Positions 46,020 to 54,571 of a DNA stretch of 64,000 nt are shown here, in pieces. Where the stretch lies: positions 14,527 to 78,526 of the forward strand of contig JBBKXQ010000008.1 of NCBI GenBank assembly GCA_037969565.1, read 5' to 3'. The notes beneath the pieces were generated by a model, which was not told where the DNA came from, did not search any database, and worked only from the letters and a program-made list of their open reading frames with translations. This stretch comes from Acidimicrobiales bacterium. Its GTDB lineage: Bacteria > Actinomycetota > Acidimicrobiia > Acidimicrobiales > SZUA-35. The first letter of the stretch is position 1. Every line of letters starts with the position of its first letter. The position numbers and the translations under genes are program-made.

Positions 46020-46904
46020 TCAGAGTTCTCGCACGCGGTGGAATCGACCAACGTCGGCGTAGTTGACCACCGGACCATCTCGGCAGATGAGGAAAGGGCC
46101 GAGCTGGCAGTGGCCACACAGCGCGTTGCCGCACTGCATGTTTCGCTCGAGCGTCAGCCAGAGGCGGTTCTCGGGCACACCGAGTTCGTGGAGCGCCAAT
46201 GCGGTGAAATGCATCATCACGTCAGGGCCGCAGATGAAGACAGTGGTGTCGGTCCAGTCGACGCCCAGTCCGGCGGGAGTGCCGAGCAGGTCGGTGACGA
46301 GTCCGACCGAGCCCGCCCATGCGTCATCGCCCTGGTCGACAGTGAGCCGAACGTCCAACCCCAGCTCGCTCCACCGATCGAGGTCGCCTTGATAGAGGAT
46401 GAGATCGGGCCGCTTTGCTCCGTAGACGAGGGCCAGATCGTCGAATCTGCTGCGCTCTTCGATGGCCAGATCGATGAGGGCACGAAGTGGGGCGATACCC
46501 AGGCCACCACCGATGATCACGAGGTTCTTCGTAGCAATTGTGTCCAATGGCCAGCCTTCACCGAACGGACCGCGCACGGTGACAACTCCTCCGATCGGCA
46601 CCTCGGTGAGTGCCCGCGTGATTGGGCCGGCTCGTCGGATGGTGTAGGCGTGATGCGATCGAGTCGAAAGCGGCGAACTGATCGAGATGGCGGCTTCACC
46701 GACCCCAAAGGCTCCGAGCATGCTCACCTGGGCCGGTCGGAAGGCGGGGAGTTCACCCTCCACCGGCACCACGTGAAGTGAAAAGGTGTCGTCCAATTCC
46801 TGGATTCGGTCGATCACCCGAAAGGGTCTCGGGACGAGGAGTGGCGAGAGTTCCGAGCGATCTCGGACGGGTACGAGGCCGGATTTCGAGTCAGTTGGTG
46901 CCAT
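46020..46904 (-). CDS. hyhG: Hydrogenase gamma subunit (FAD/NAD(P)-binding, 2Fe-2S)
   Basis: Ferredoxin-reductase-like fold ([22 protein letters not shown]) and a C-terminal [12 protein letters not shown] cluster motif. Confidence 0.75.
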   Translation of the reverse strand: MAPTDSKSGLVPVRDRSELSPLLVPRPFRVIDRIQELDDTFSLHVVPVEGELPAFRPAQVSMLGAFGVGEAAISISSPLSTRSHHAYTIRRAGPITRALTEVPIGGVVTVRGPFGEGWPLDTIATKNLVIIGGGLGIAPLRALIDLAIEERSRFDDLALVYGAKRPDLILYQGDLDRWSELGLDVRLTVDQGDDAWAGSVGLVTDLLGTPAGLGVDWTDTTVFICGPDVMMHFTALALHELGVPENRLWLTLERNMQCGNALCGHCQLGPFLICRDGPVVNYADVGRFHRVREL

Positions 46905-48045
46905 GCCCGGGAATCCTTTCCCGCTGCACTGTTCCGCGCATTTCGGCGACCTCGATCGTGAGATCGATTCCCACGGGACACCAGGTGATGCAGCGCCCAC
47001 AACCAACGCAGCCGGATTCGTCGAACTGATCGATCCAACTGGCGAGTTTGTGCACGAGCCACTGGCGATATCGGGACTTGGTCGAGCTGCGATGAGGGCC
47101 ATCTCCGAGATGGGAGAATTCGAGGCTGAAGCAGGAATCCCAAACTCGCCACCGGTCGGTGATGTCGCCGCTCAGGTCGGTGACGTCCTCGAGATTGGTG
47201 CAGAAGCAGGTGGGGCAGGCGAGCGTGCAGTTCCCGCAGCTCAAACAGCGTTCGGCCACGTCGTCCCAGCGGGGATTCTCCAAGTTGTCGTAAAGGTGAT
47301 CCTTGATCCCGTTCGTATCGAGCTTTCGCACGATGCGGCTCGCCGCATTCTCGACGACACCTCGTGCGGCTTGCTGCTCGGTCGGGCTGGTGGGCGACGT
47401 CGCGATGTCGGCTAGTACGTCGGCGCCACGGTCGGAGCCGACCTCGACGACGTAACGCACGTCGGCCCCGTCCACGAGTTCGGTCAGTGCAAGATCGAAA
47501 CCTGATTTCGCTTCCGGACCGGTTCCCATCGACGTGCAGAAGCAGGTGCTGGCCGGATCACCGCAGTTCACGGCAATCAGGAATGCGTGGTCTCGATTGG
47601 TTCCGTAGACGGGATCGGGGTGAGGACCTTCGAGTAGGACTCGGTCCTGCTTTGCGATTGCTGCGAGCTCGCAAGGGCGGACTCCGAGAAATGCCCGGAG
47701 CAGTGGTTCGGGTTCGTGCATTCGCACGTCGAGGTCGCCGGTTTCTGTCCGCCTCATCGTCCACACGGGAGACCGGGACGGATGCAGGAGTTCTTTCCAC
47801 GACTGTGGCCCAACGGCATAGCCGAATCTGGCTCCGTCCTCTCGTGGGACGAGTCGGTAGCGACCGCCCTGCTGCTCGTCGGTCCAACCGAGCGGGAGGT
47901 CAGCGACGGACGTCAGCCGATCATGGGCGATGACCCCGTTCTGAACCTGGGGTCCGAAAACTTCGTAGCCGCGACCACCGAGTGCGTTGATCAGGTTTTG
48001 CAGGCCGTCGAGACCGAGAGAGACCGCGGTGCTGGTCGCCATCAC
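46891..48045 (-). CDS. hyhB: Hydrogenase beta subunit (4Fe-4S dicluster)
   Basis: [16 protein letters not shown] and [18 protein letters not shown] 48045 is immediately followed by ATG 48042. Confidence 0.75.
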   Translation of the reverse strand: MMATSTAVSLGLDGLQNLINALGGRGYEVFGPQVQNGVIAHDRLTSVADLPLGWTDEQQGGRYRLVPREDGARFGYAVGPQSWKELLHPSRSPVWTMRRTETGDLDVRMHEPEPLLRAFLGVRPCELAAIAKQDRVLLEGPHPDPVYGTNRDHAFLIAVNCGDPASTCFCTSMGTGPEAKSGFDLALTELVDGADVRYVVEVGSDRGADVLADIATSPTSPTEQQAARGVVENAASRIVRKLDTNGIKDHLYDNLENPRWDDVAERCLSCGNCTLACPTCFCTNLEDVTDLSGDITDRWRVWDSCFSLEFSHLGDGPHRSSTKSRYRQWLVHKLASWIDQFDESGCVGCGRCITWCPVGIDLTIEVAEMRGTVQRERIPGHGTN

Positions 48046-48077
48046 TCCAGTTTCCGCTGAGTCTGATGTCTCGCACA

Positions 48078-48091
48078 GGGACTTTGGTCCC
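48078..48091 (-). promoter_or_regulatory. DosR/DevR-like box B8 (GGGACTTTGGTCCC)
   Basis: The best palindrome of the set, one mismatch from the M. tuberculosis core GGGACTTTAGTCCC as I recall it. Centre is 42.5 nt upstream of ATG 48042, with GAAACT at -12..-7. Confidence 0.6.
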
Positions 48092-48097
48092 TCCGGA

Positions 48098-48111
48098 GGG
48101 ACGTTCGACTC
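48098..48111. promoter_or_regulatory. DosR/DevR-like box B9 (GGGACGTTCGACTC)
   Basis: Second, half-degenerate box 20 nt (centre to centre) from B8, in the hyh/fadD divergent region. Confidence 0.3.
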
Positions 48112-48194
48112 TGGCCGACAACCACAAGACTGTCATCAATGGAACCATCGATGGTGGCGTTCGACCGACCGAATGCAGTGAAAGGGACGAGATC

Positions 48195-49985
48195 ATGAAG
48201 AAGGATGCATCTGGGCCGCAACTCGAGGCCCACCAAGGCAATCGCAGCGCAGTGGCCGCCGTGGCCCAACGCGCAGCCGAATCTCCCGACACGGCATTGG
48301 CCGCAGTCCGACAAGGCAATCACTTCATCGACCGATCGTGCGCAACAGTCTGGGCCAGGGTGCGCGGACTCGCCAAAGGGCTGATCGCATCCGGCGTGGC
48401 GCCGGGCGATCGGGTTGCGCTCATGGCAAGCACCCGGCTCGAGTGGCTCGAGATCGATCTCGCCATCAATGCAGTCGGAGCCGTCACGGTGCCGATCTAT
48501 GACACATCCTCGGCCAGCCAGATCAGTTGGATCATGGAGGACAGCGGTTCGGTGCTCCTCATCGTCGAGACCGACGTTCTGGAGGTCGAAGCCAAAGCAA
48601 GCGGAGAGGTCGATGAGTGCCGAGAGATCCTCGTCATCGACCGCGGGGATCTAGACGACTTGGCCCATCGAGGCTCGCAGGTAGCTGACGAAAGGCTGGA
48701 TGCACTCGTCGATTCCATCAGACCGGAATCCATCGCGACGATCATCTACACCTCTGGTACGACGGGTCGTCCCAAGGGATGTGTTCTGACGCACAGAAAT
48801 CTGGCAGTGAACGTCTACCAGGTCGGTGACGCCCTGGCTGGTGCCATCGGTCCCGCGGATACCGCACTGCTCTTTCTGCCGTTGGCCCACGTGCTCACGA
48901 AGACGACCGCGCTTTTCTGTCTTGGTGCCGGCGTTCGGATCGCCTTTGCGACTTCTCTGGCGAAGCTTCCCGAGGAGTTCGCGCTGGTCAATCCGTCACT
49001 CATTTCGGCGGTCCCGCGGATCTTCGAAAAGGTGTATGCCAAGGCTCAGCAGAAGGCCCTGGCCGACGGGAAGGGGCGGATTTTCGACCGCGCCGCCCAG
49101 ACGGCGATCCACTGGTCGCAACAACGCGAGGCCGGCTCGATCCGGCTCACCACGAAGGCCGAACACTGGATCTTCGACCGCTTGGTGTATCGCAAGATCG
49201 CCGCCGCTTTCGGAGGCGAATTGCGAATGGCGTTCAGCGGAGGAGGGCCGCTGGGCGAGCGGCTGACGTGGTTCTTCGACGGTGTCGGCCTCCGGATCTA
49301 CGAGGGCTACGGACTGACGGAGACGAGTCCGATTCTCACGATCAGCCGAACAGACGGCTGGCGACCAGGCTCGGTCGGACGGGCTGTGGCCGGAACACGA
49401 ATTCGCGTGGCCGAAGATGGCGAGTTGTTGGTGAAGGGTCCGCAGGTTTTCGGGGAGTATTGGAAGAATGCGGCAGCCACCGATGAGGCTTTCGACTCCG
49501 ACGGGTGGTTCCTCACGGGGGACGTCGGCGAGGTCGATGCTGCTGACTTCGTTCACATCACGGGGCGTAAGAAGGAACTGATCGTGACAGCCGCGGGGAA
49601 GAACGTGGCACCGGCCCCGCTCGAGGATCGAATTCGGTCCGACGCCCTCGTGAGTCAGGTCGTGGTGGTGGGGGACCGGCGGCCGTTCATCGCCGCGCTG
49701 GTGTCGATCGACGAGGATGCATTTGTCGACTGGTCGGCCGGGCACGGTCTCGCCGGCGCGACGGTGGCTGAGTCGACGGAGAACCAGTTGCTCAGAGCTG
49801 AAGTCCAGGGCGCGATCGACGAGGCAAACCGTTCCGTTTCCACAGCTGAGTCGATCCGTGCCTTCGCCATCACCCCTCGCGATTTCGCTCTGGACCGTGA
49901 TGAGATCACGCCAACGCTCAAGATCCGCAGGATGGTCGTTGAAGATCACTACCGGGATCTGATCGAGTCGATCTACGCCGGATAG
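48195..49985 (+). CDS. Long-chain acyl-CoA synthetase (AMP-forming)
   Basis: AMP-binding motif IIYTSGTTGRPKGCVLTH; YEGYGLTETSP; GWFLTGDVG. ATG 48195 follows AAGGGA. Confidence 0.85.
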   Translation: MKKDASGPQLEAHQGNRSAVAAVAQRAAESPDTALAAVRQGNHFIDRSCATVWARVRGLAKGLIASGVAPGDRVALMASTRLEWLEIDLAINAVGAVTVPIYDTSSASQISWIMEDSGSVLLIVETDVLEVEAKASGEVDECREILVIDRGDLDDLAHRGSQVADERLDALVDSIRPESIATIIYTSGTTGRPKGCVLTHRNLAVNVYQVGDALAGAIGPADTALLFLPLAHVLTKTTALFCLGAGVRIAFATSLAKLPEEFALVNPSLISAVPRIFEKVYAKAQQKALADGKGRIFDRAAQTAIHWSQQREAGSIRLTTKAEHWIFDRLVYRKIAAAFGGELRMAFSGGGPLGERLTWFFDGVGLRIYEGYGLTETSPILTISRTDGWRPGSVGRAVAGTRIRVAEDGELLVKGPQVFGEYWKNAAATDEAFDSDGWFLTGDVGEVDAADFVHITGRKKELIVTAAGKNVAPAPLEDRIRSDALVSQVVVVGDRRPFIAALVSIDEDAFVDWSAGHGLAGATVAESTENQLLRAEVQGAIDEANRSVSTAESIRAFAITPRDFALDRDEITPTLKIRRMVVEDHYRDLIESIYAG

Positions 49986-50019
49986 CGGCCTGCGACTGCC
50001 TGTGGCAGACCGGGGACTC

Positions 50020-50044
50020 ATACCGGGTGGGACGTGCCCGGTAT
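50020..50044 (+). terminator. Hairpin (8-bp stem ATACCGGG/CCCGGTAT, 9-nt loop) 35 nt after the acyl-CoA synthetase stop
   Basis: Perfect inverted repeat read directly from the sequence. No U-tract. Confidence 0.3.
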
Positions 50045-50156
50045 CGAAGTCGTGCAGCTTGCTGGCTCTCGTGGGATGCCCGACGAAGTCCATGCCTTGG
50101 CGGGGGCGTGTGACCGTGATGAACACGGTTGGAGGCTCATGCCAGAGACGCGAACG

Positions 50157-50188
50157 CGGTTCGAGCCCCCTTGCGAGGGCTCGAACCG
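50157..50188 (-). terminator. Hairpin (12-bp stem CGGTTCGAGCCC/GGGCTCGAACCG, 8-nt loop) 39 nt after the stop of the minus-strand membrane protein gene
   Basis: Perfect inverted repeat between convergent genes. A second small palindrome GTCGAT-TAT-ATCGAC lies at about 50198-50212. Confidence 0.4.
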
Positions 50189-50226
50189 TTCTGACTGTCG
50201 ATTATATCGACGAGGGTGTCTCCGTG

Positions 50227-50943
50227 TCAGCTGACCTTGACTTGCGTCTTCGGCCCGTTGAGGAACTCCTCGGGGACGGTGTCGGGGAAGTCGACCTCCG
50301 TCTTCTTGCCTCTGATGGCCCACACCAGGCCACCACCGGTCAGCATGAATGTCAGGCCGAGTGCGGCGAACAAGCCGGAGAGTGCGAGGCCCATTTGTAG
50401 GGTCGAGTGGGTGACGGTGCCAACACCGAGCTCGCCGATCAGGCCGTGAACGGTTCCGCTCCACGCCTGCTCACGAGCCGGTCCTTCGATCGGGTGTGAG
50501 CGGTCGAAGTCGGTCCAGTAGCGGCCGCCGACATTGAACTCATAGGTTCCGGCCGTGAAGACCTCACCGTTGTATTCCACGTCCTCGGGAAGGACCACCG
50601 TCTGGGTGCCGTTCAGCGTGTGATAGCTGACGGTTGCCATCTGGTACATGTACTCCGTAGCAGTGTTGACCAGCGGGTCGTTGGGGTCAAGATCGCCCCT
50701 GACAACCGGGAACTTCCAATCGTCGGTGAGCGTGGCCATGATGGCGTCCGCCCCTTCGGTTGTGCCTCGGTCGGTCAGCTGGCCGGCTTCGTTGTAGGTG
50801 AGCTCCACAGCCTGGGCTGCGCTGAAGGCTTGGAGTGAGTCGTAGCCGTCCTGGACTCGGCCGTAGGCGACGCCACCGGCCACCAAGAAGCCCAGCCCGA
50901 CTGCCAATAGTGCATATCCAATCAGCTTGAGTCGGTTCCTCAT
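50227..50943 (-). CDS. Membrane protein (N- and C-terminal TM helices flanking an extracytoplasmic domain)
   Basis: 238 aa from MRNRLKLIGYALLAVGLGFLVAGG, with C-terminal TM GLALSGLFAALGLTFMLTGGGLV. No family recognised. Confidence 0.5.
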   Translation of the reverse strand: MRNRLKLIGYALLAVGLGFLVAGGVAYGRVQDGYDSLQAFSAAQAVELTYNEAGQLTDRGTTEGADAIMATLTDDWKFPVVRGDLDPNDPLVNTATEYMYQMATVSYHTLNGTQTVVLPEDVEYNGEVFTAGTYEFNVGGRYWTDFDRSHPIEGPAREQAWSGTVHGLIGELGVGTVTHSTLQMGLALSGLFAALGLTFMLTGGGLVWAIRGKKTEVDFPDTVPEEFLNGPKTQVKVS

Positions 50944-50998
50944 GACATCTTCTCCTCGTTTGGTAGATCGCAGATCGTTCTGCGATCGCTTGAAACGA

Positions 50999-51442
50999 TC
51001 ATTTCGCCAAACGACGATTGGCGACAGGGACCTTCGTCCCGAAGCACGGAGAATCTTCGGCAGGTCGCTCGAGGCCGAGTTCTGCAACGCCGAGCTCCGC
51101 GATGCCATGGGCGAGTTCGAGCAGAGCGGTTGGTTGCAGCCGATAGCGAACATTCGGTCCGTCTTGGCACGCACAGATGAGGGCGGCTTCACGGAGAAGC
51201 CGGAGGTGTTCGGAAATGGTGGATCGAGCCAGTCCCGATTCCACGGCGATGTCTCCAGCCGCAAGCGAGCGATGGGTCGCCAGTTCTGCGACGATCGACA
51301 CTCTCGCCGGATGGCCGAGGCTTCGGGCTTGTAGAGCCAGCCGTTCGATTCTCGCCCGCTCTGACGCAGGCTGACCGAGCTCGCAGCGCGGGCCGAAACC
51401 TGATGGTGAGGCGGTGCGCTTGCAGGGGGGCAAGGAGACCAT
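50999..51442 (-). CDS. ArsR/SmtB family transcriptional regulator
   Basis: LGHPARVSIVAELA...GDIAVESGLARSTISEHLRLLREAALI wHTH. The start abuts the USP stop. Confidence 0.75.
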   Translation of the reverse strand: MVSLPPCKRTASPSGFGPRCELGQPASERARIERLALQARSLGHPARVSIVAELATHRSLAAGDIAVESGLARSTISEHLRLLREAALICACQDGPNVRYRLQPTALLELAHGIAELGVAELGLERPAEDSPCFGTKVPVANRRLAK

Positions 51443-51931
51443 TTAGTCCTCCGGTCCTGGATTGTGGACAACCAAAACACTGCACGTCGCGTGATGAACA
51501 ATCTTGGTCGAGACGCTGCCGAGCAGCAGGCGTTTGCCGACGCCATGGCCCCGACTGCCCACAACGATCAGGTCGCCATCGCGCTGCTCGGCCGTGGCCA
51601 GTAAGCCATCGAACGCGGTGCCGATGATGGCGTGCCGAAACACCTTGATGCCGCGTTCGTGGAGCCCCAATCGTTGGAGCTCGGCTTCGGCCGAAACGAG
51701 ATGGTTCCTGGCGATTTGACCCATCGCTTCGGCATCTGCGTCGTGGCCGTCCAACTCGCCAGCGAAGTCTCCCATTCTCCACCCGACAAGCGGGTGGTAG
51801 CACGAAACGAGATGCACTTCCACGTTGTTCGCAGCGGTGTTCGCAGCGGCGAGAGCCAATTCTCCCGCCCGCTCGACCGCGGCCGATCCTCCGGCGGATC
51901 CGTCTGTCCCGACAACGATTCGCTCGTACAT
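51443..51931 (-). CDS. Universal stress protein
   Basis: MYERIVVGTDGS...LIVVGSRGHGVGKRLLLGSVSTKIVHHATCSVLVV. Confidence 0.9.
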   Translation of the reverse strand: MYERIVVGTDGSAGGSAAVERAGELALAAANTAANNVEVHLVSCYHPLVGWRMGDFAGELDGHDADAEAMGQIARNHLVSAEAELQRLGLHERGIKVFRHAIIGTAFDGLLATAEQRDGDLIVVGSRGHGVGKRLLLGSVSTKIVHHATCSVLVVHNPGPED

Positions 51932-52045
51932 GGCTGCTCCTGTTCGGCAGGGACCGCTGATCTCGGTCTCGCGTTCAGTTCAACGCTTGTCGTCGTTGAC
52001 GAATTCGACCATGGCCAAAGGTCCTCGAAAGCGTCAGCTTTTGTT

Positions 52046-52059
52046 GGGCCCTCCGACCC
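52046..52059 (+). promoter_or_regulatory. DosR/DevR-like box B10 (GGGCCCTCCGACCC)
   Basis: One mismatch from box B3. Centre is 43.5 nt upstream of GTG 52096, with CAGGCT at -13..-8. Confidence 0.45.
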
Positions 52060-52095
52060 TTCCGCTGGCCACGGTGCTGGCGCAGGCTCGAGTAC

Positions 52096-53091
52096 GTGAG
52101 CACTCTGAGCGATTCGCACGCCGAGGTCCGAGATCAGTCGAGGACGCGAGATCAGTCGGGAGTTCGGAAGCCTCGTCTCGTCGTGGGGCTCGACGGTTCC
52201 GAGGGATCCCTCAAGGCGCTTCACTGGGCGGCTCATCGTGTCGAGATGTTGGGCAACATCCAGACGGTGACGGCCTGGCACCTCCCGTGGTGGGCTGGAG
52301 AAGGAGCGCCGAACCGAGTCGCCGACTATCACCGAGCTGCCCAAAAGCGTCGCATCGTCGAGGAGCACCGCGTTGCCCAAGAGGAGCGAGAGGGTGCGTT
52401 CGCTCGCCAGGTCCGCGCCTCGATCGTGCGCCTTCTCGAGGACGTTCCCGCCGCCGAACACGCAGAGCCGCTCATCACGCTGGGTTCGGCCGGCTCTGTC
52501 CTGGTCCGGGAAGCCCGGCCGCCGGATGTGATCGTTGTCGGGTCGAGAGGCCGGGGCGCGGTGGTCGACGCGATCCTCGGATCAGTGAGCCTGCATTGTA
52601 TTTCGCATGCTGAGGTGCCCGTGGTCGTTGTGCCATCACACGCTCCCCTTCTCGATGAGTCGGCACACGTGGTTGTCGGTGTGGATGGTTCGTTGAACTC
52701 GATCGGGGCGTTGGTCTGGGCGCTCGACCACGTTCCGGTCCGCTCGAAGATCGAGGTCATCCATGTGGTCGACGTTTTGCCTGTGAGCAACGAGTCGCAA
52801 GCGCAGATGGCGATGGGGCTGGGCGAAGAACTGCTCGATCGAACGATCGACTCGGCTGAACGACAAACGACAGAAAGCGAGAGTCGGGAGTTGTTGCGGA
52901 GAGTGGCGTCCGGCGATGCACGGCATGTCCTTCTGGACGCTTCATCCGGCCGAGACATGCTGGTCATCGGCGCTAGAGGCCGGGGCAGACTGAACGACTT
53001 GCTATTGGGTTCGGTTGCAAGTTCTCTCTGTCATCAGCCACTTGCCCCAACGGTGGTGGTGCCAGTGGCGGCTGCGGCAGGGATCTCCTGA
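52096..53091 (+). CDS. Tandem-domain universal stress protein
   Basis: Two USP halves ending in VIVVGSRGRGAVVDAILGSVSLHCISHAEVPVVVVP and MLVIGARGRGRLNDLLLGSVASSLCHQPLAPTVVVP. Confidence 0.85.
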   Translation: MSTLSDSHAEVRDQSRTRDQSGVRKPRLVVGLDGSEGSLKALHWAAHRVEMLGNIQTVTAWHLPWWAGEGAPNRVADYHRAAQKRRIVEEHRVAQEEREGAFARQVRASIVRLLEDVPAAEHAEPLITLGSAGSVLVREARPPDVIVVGSRGRGAVVDAILGSVSLHCISHAEVPVVVVPSHAPLLDESAHVVVGVDGSLNSIGALVWALDHVPVRSKIEVIHVVDVLPVSNESQAQMAMGLGEELLDRTIDSAERQTTESESRELLRRVASGDARHVLLDASSGRDMLVIGARGRGRLNDLLLGSVASSLCHQPLAPTVVVPVAAAAGIS

Positions 53092-53122
53092 GGCCGAACG
53101 GCCCCTTCCGATCGGTCGAGTG

Positions 53123-54571
53123 TCAGTCGGATACAGGGGAGTGTGCACCGGGTGAATCCGAGCGGAGTGTGACGATGAAGGTTGCTCCGCCGCCCGGCGT
53201 TGGCTGGACGGTGATCGTTCCGCCGTGAGCGTCGACGATCTGCTTCGTGAGGGCCAGGCCGAGGCCGGCACCGGCTTCTCCGTCGCGGCTTCGGCTGGCG
53301 TCCACTCGGTAGAACGGGAGGAAGATCTGATCGGCATGCTCGGGAGCGACGCCAGGGCCGTGATCGATCACCGTGATCAGCGCGTTCGTGTCGTGCTGGT
53401 CCAGCTCGACGTGAACGGGTGTTCCCGGTTCGGTGTGTCGACATGCGTTCGAGACGACGTTCAGGATCGCCTGGTGGAGTTGATCCCGGTTTCCGATCAC
53501 GGCCAACTGGCCGTCGACGGGACCGCGGAGTTCGATCTCGGTGTCGGGGCTGGCGGCGCGGAGGTCGCCGGCGACGTCGGCAACCACGGCGCCGAGGTCA
53601 ACGACGCTGGGCGTCGTTTCGTTGGGTGCCCCGTTGCGGGTGAGCTGGAGCATGTTGTTCACGAGGCGCGTCATGCGCTCGCTCTCGCTGCCGATCCGAC
53701 CCATGGCGCGATCGAGCTCGGCGGGTTGCTGCAGCATGTGACCTCGATAGAGGTCGCTGTAGCCCTTCAATGCCGTGAGCGGCGTGCGTAGTTCGTGGGA
53801 GGCATCGGCGAGGAACCGTTCCATGTTGTTTCGGGCCTGTGTGGCTTCCGCGGCCGAACGTTCGCTGCTGTCCAGGTTGGCTTGGAGTTGGTGCAGCATC
53901 CGGTCCAGGTCGGTTGCCAGGTCGGCGATTTCGCTCGACCCGCTCGGCTCTCCGATGGTGGTGTCGAGGTGCCCTCCGGCGATGCGCCTGGCCGACGACG
54001 TCATGCGGGTCAGCGGACGGGTCAAGTAGGACGCGATGAGCCCGACGGCGACGGCCTGGAGCGCAAGAATCACGATCGCCCCGCCGAACAGTGTTCGCCT
54101 GAGGTTGGCGATGGTGTCGTTGACCGTGGCCAGATCGAGTGCAGTGACGATGATCGTCGAGTCGGCTCGGCGGGTCGTGCGAATTCGATAAGAGGGGTCG
54201 TCGAAGGTGTGATCGCCGTCAGTCAGCGTTGCGATTCCGGCGAGGTCGGAGTCGCTGAAGGGATTGGCCGAGCCCCGCTGCCCGACGAGCGTTCCGTCGG
54301 CGTTGAGAAGGAGCTCAACCGGGGTGGCGGTGTCGTCGATCGCTACGGCGTCTCCGATCTGTCCGCTCGTGATCGGGGCAGGAGCGCGATCCGGAGCGCC
54401 ATCGCCTGGGGGCAGGCTGGCCTGGGCGACGCGGCCGAGTTCGTCGTCGACGCCGGCGATCAGATCTTGATGAACCGAGCGGTCGACGTAGACGGAGAAG
54501 GCGGCGAAGCCGATCGTGACCGTGGCCAAGATCGGGATCAGGATCAACGACCGAAGCGGCGGGCGTCTCAT
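53123..54571 (-). CDS. Sensor histidine kinase (TM-sensor-TM, HAMP, HisKA, HATPase_c)
   Basis: H-box FLADASHELRTPLTAL, N-box VVSNACRHT, G-boxes IDHGPGV and GAGLGLAL. Confidence 0.85.
   Translation of the reverse strand: MRRPPLRSLILIPILATVTIGFAAFSVYVDRSVHQDLIAGVDDELGRVAQASLPPGDGAPDRAPAPITSGQIGDAVAIDDTATPVELLLNADGTLVGQRGSANPFSDSDLAGIATLTDGDHTFDDPSYRIRTTRRADSTIIVTALDLATVNDTIANLRRTLFGGAIVILALQAVAVGLIASYLTRPLTRMTSSARRIAGGHLDTTIGEPSGSSEIADLATDLDRMLHQLQANLDSSERSAAEATQARNNMERFLADASHELRTPLTALKGYSDLYRGHMLQQPAELDRAMGRIGSESERMTRLVNNMLQLTRNGAPNETTPSVVDLGAVVADVAGDLRAASPDTEIELRGPVDGQLAVIGNRDQLHQAILNVVSNACRHTEPGTPVHVELDQHDTNALITVIDHGPGVAPEHADQIFLPFYRVDASRSRDGEAGAGLGLALTKQIVDAHGGTITVQPTPGGGATFIVTLRSDSPGAHSPVSD

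Noticed and set aside
50157-50188. GGTTCGAGCCC resembles a tRNA T-arm/T-loop, which raised the possibility of a tRNA gene or an integration (att) remnant.
   Set aside because: The flanks cannot form a 5-bp T-stem, acceptor stem or anticodon arm. The sequence is one arm of a perfect 12-bp hairpin between convergent genes, so it is better explained as a terminator. No integrase is nearby.
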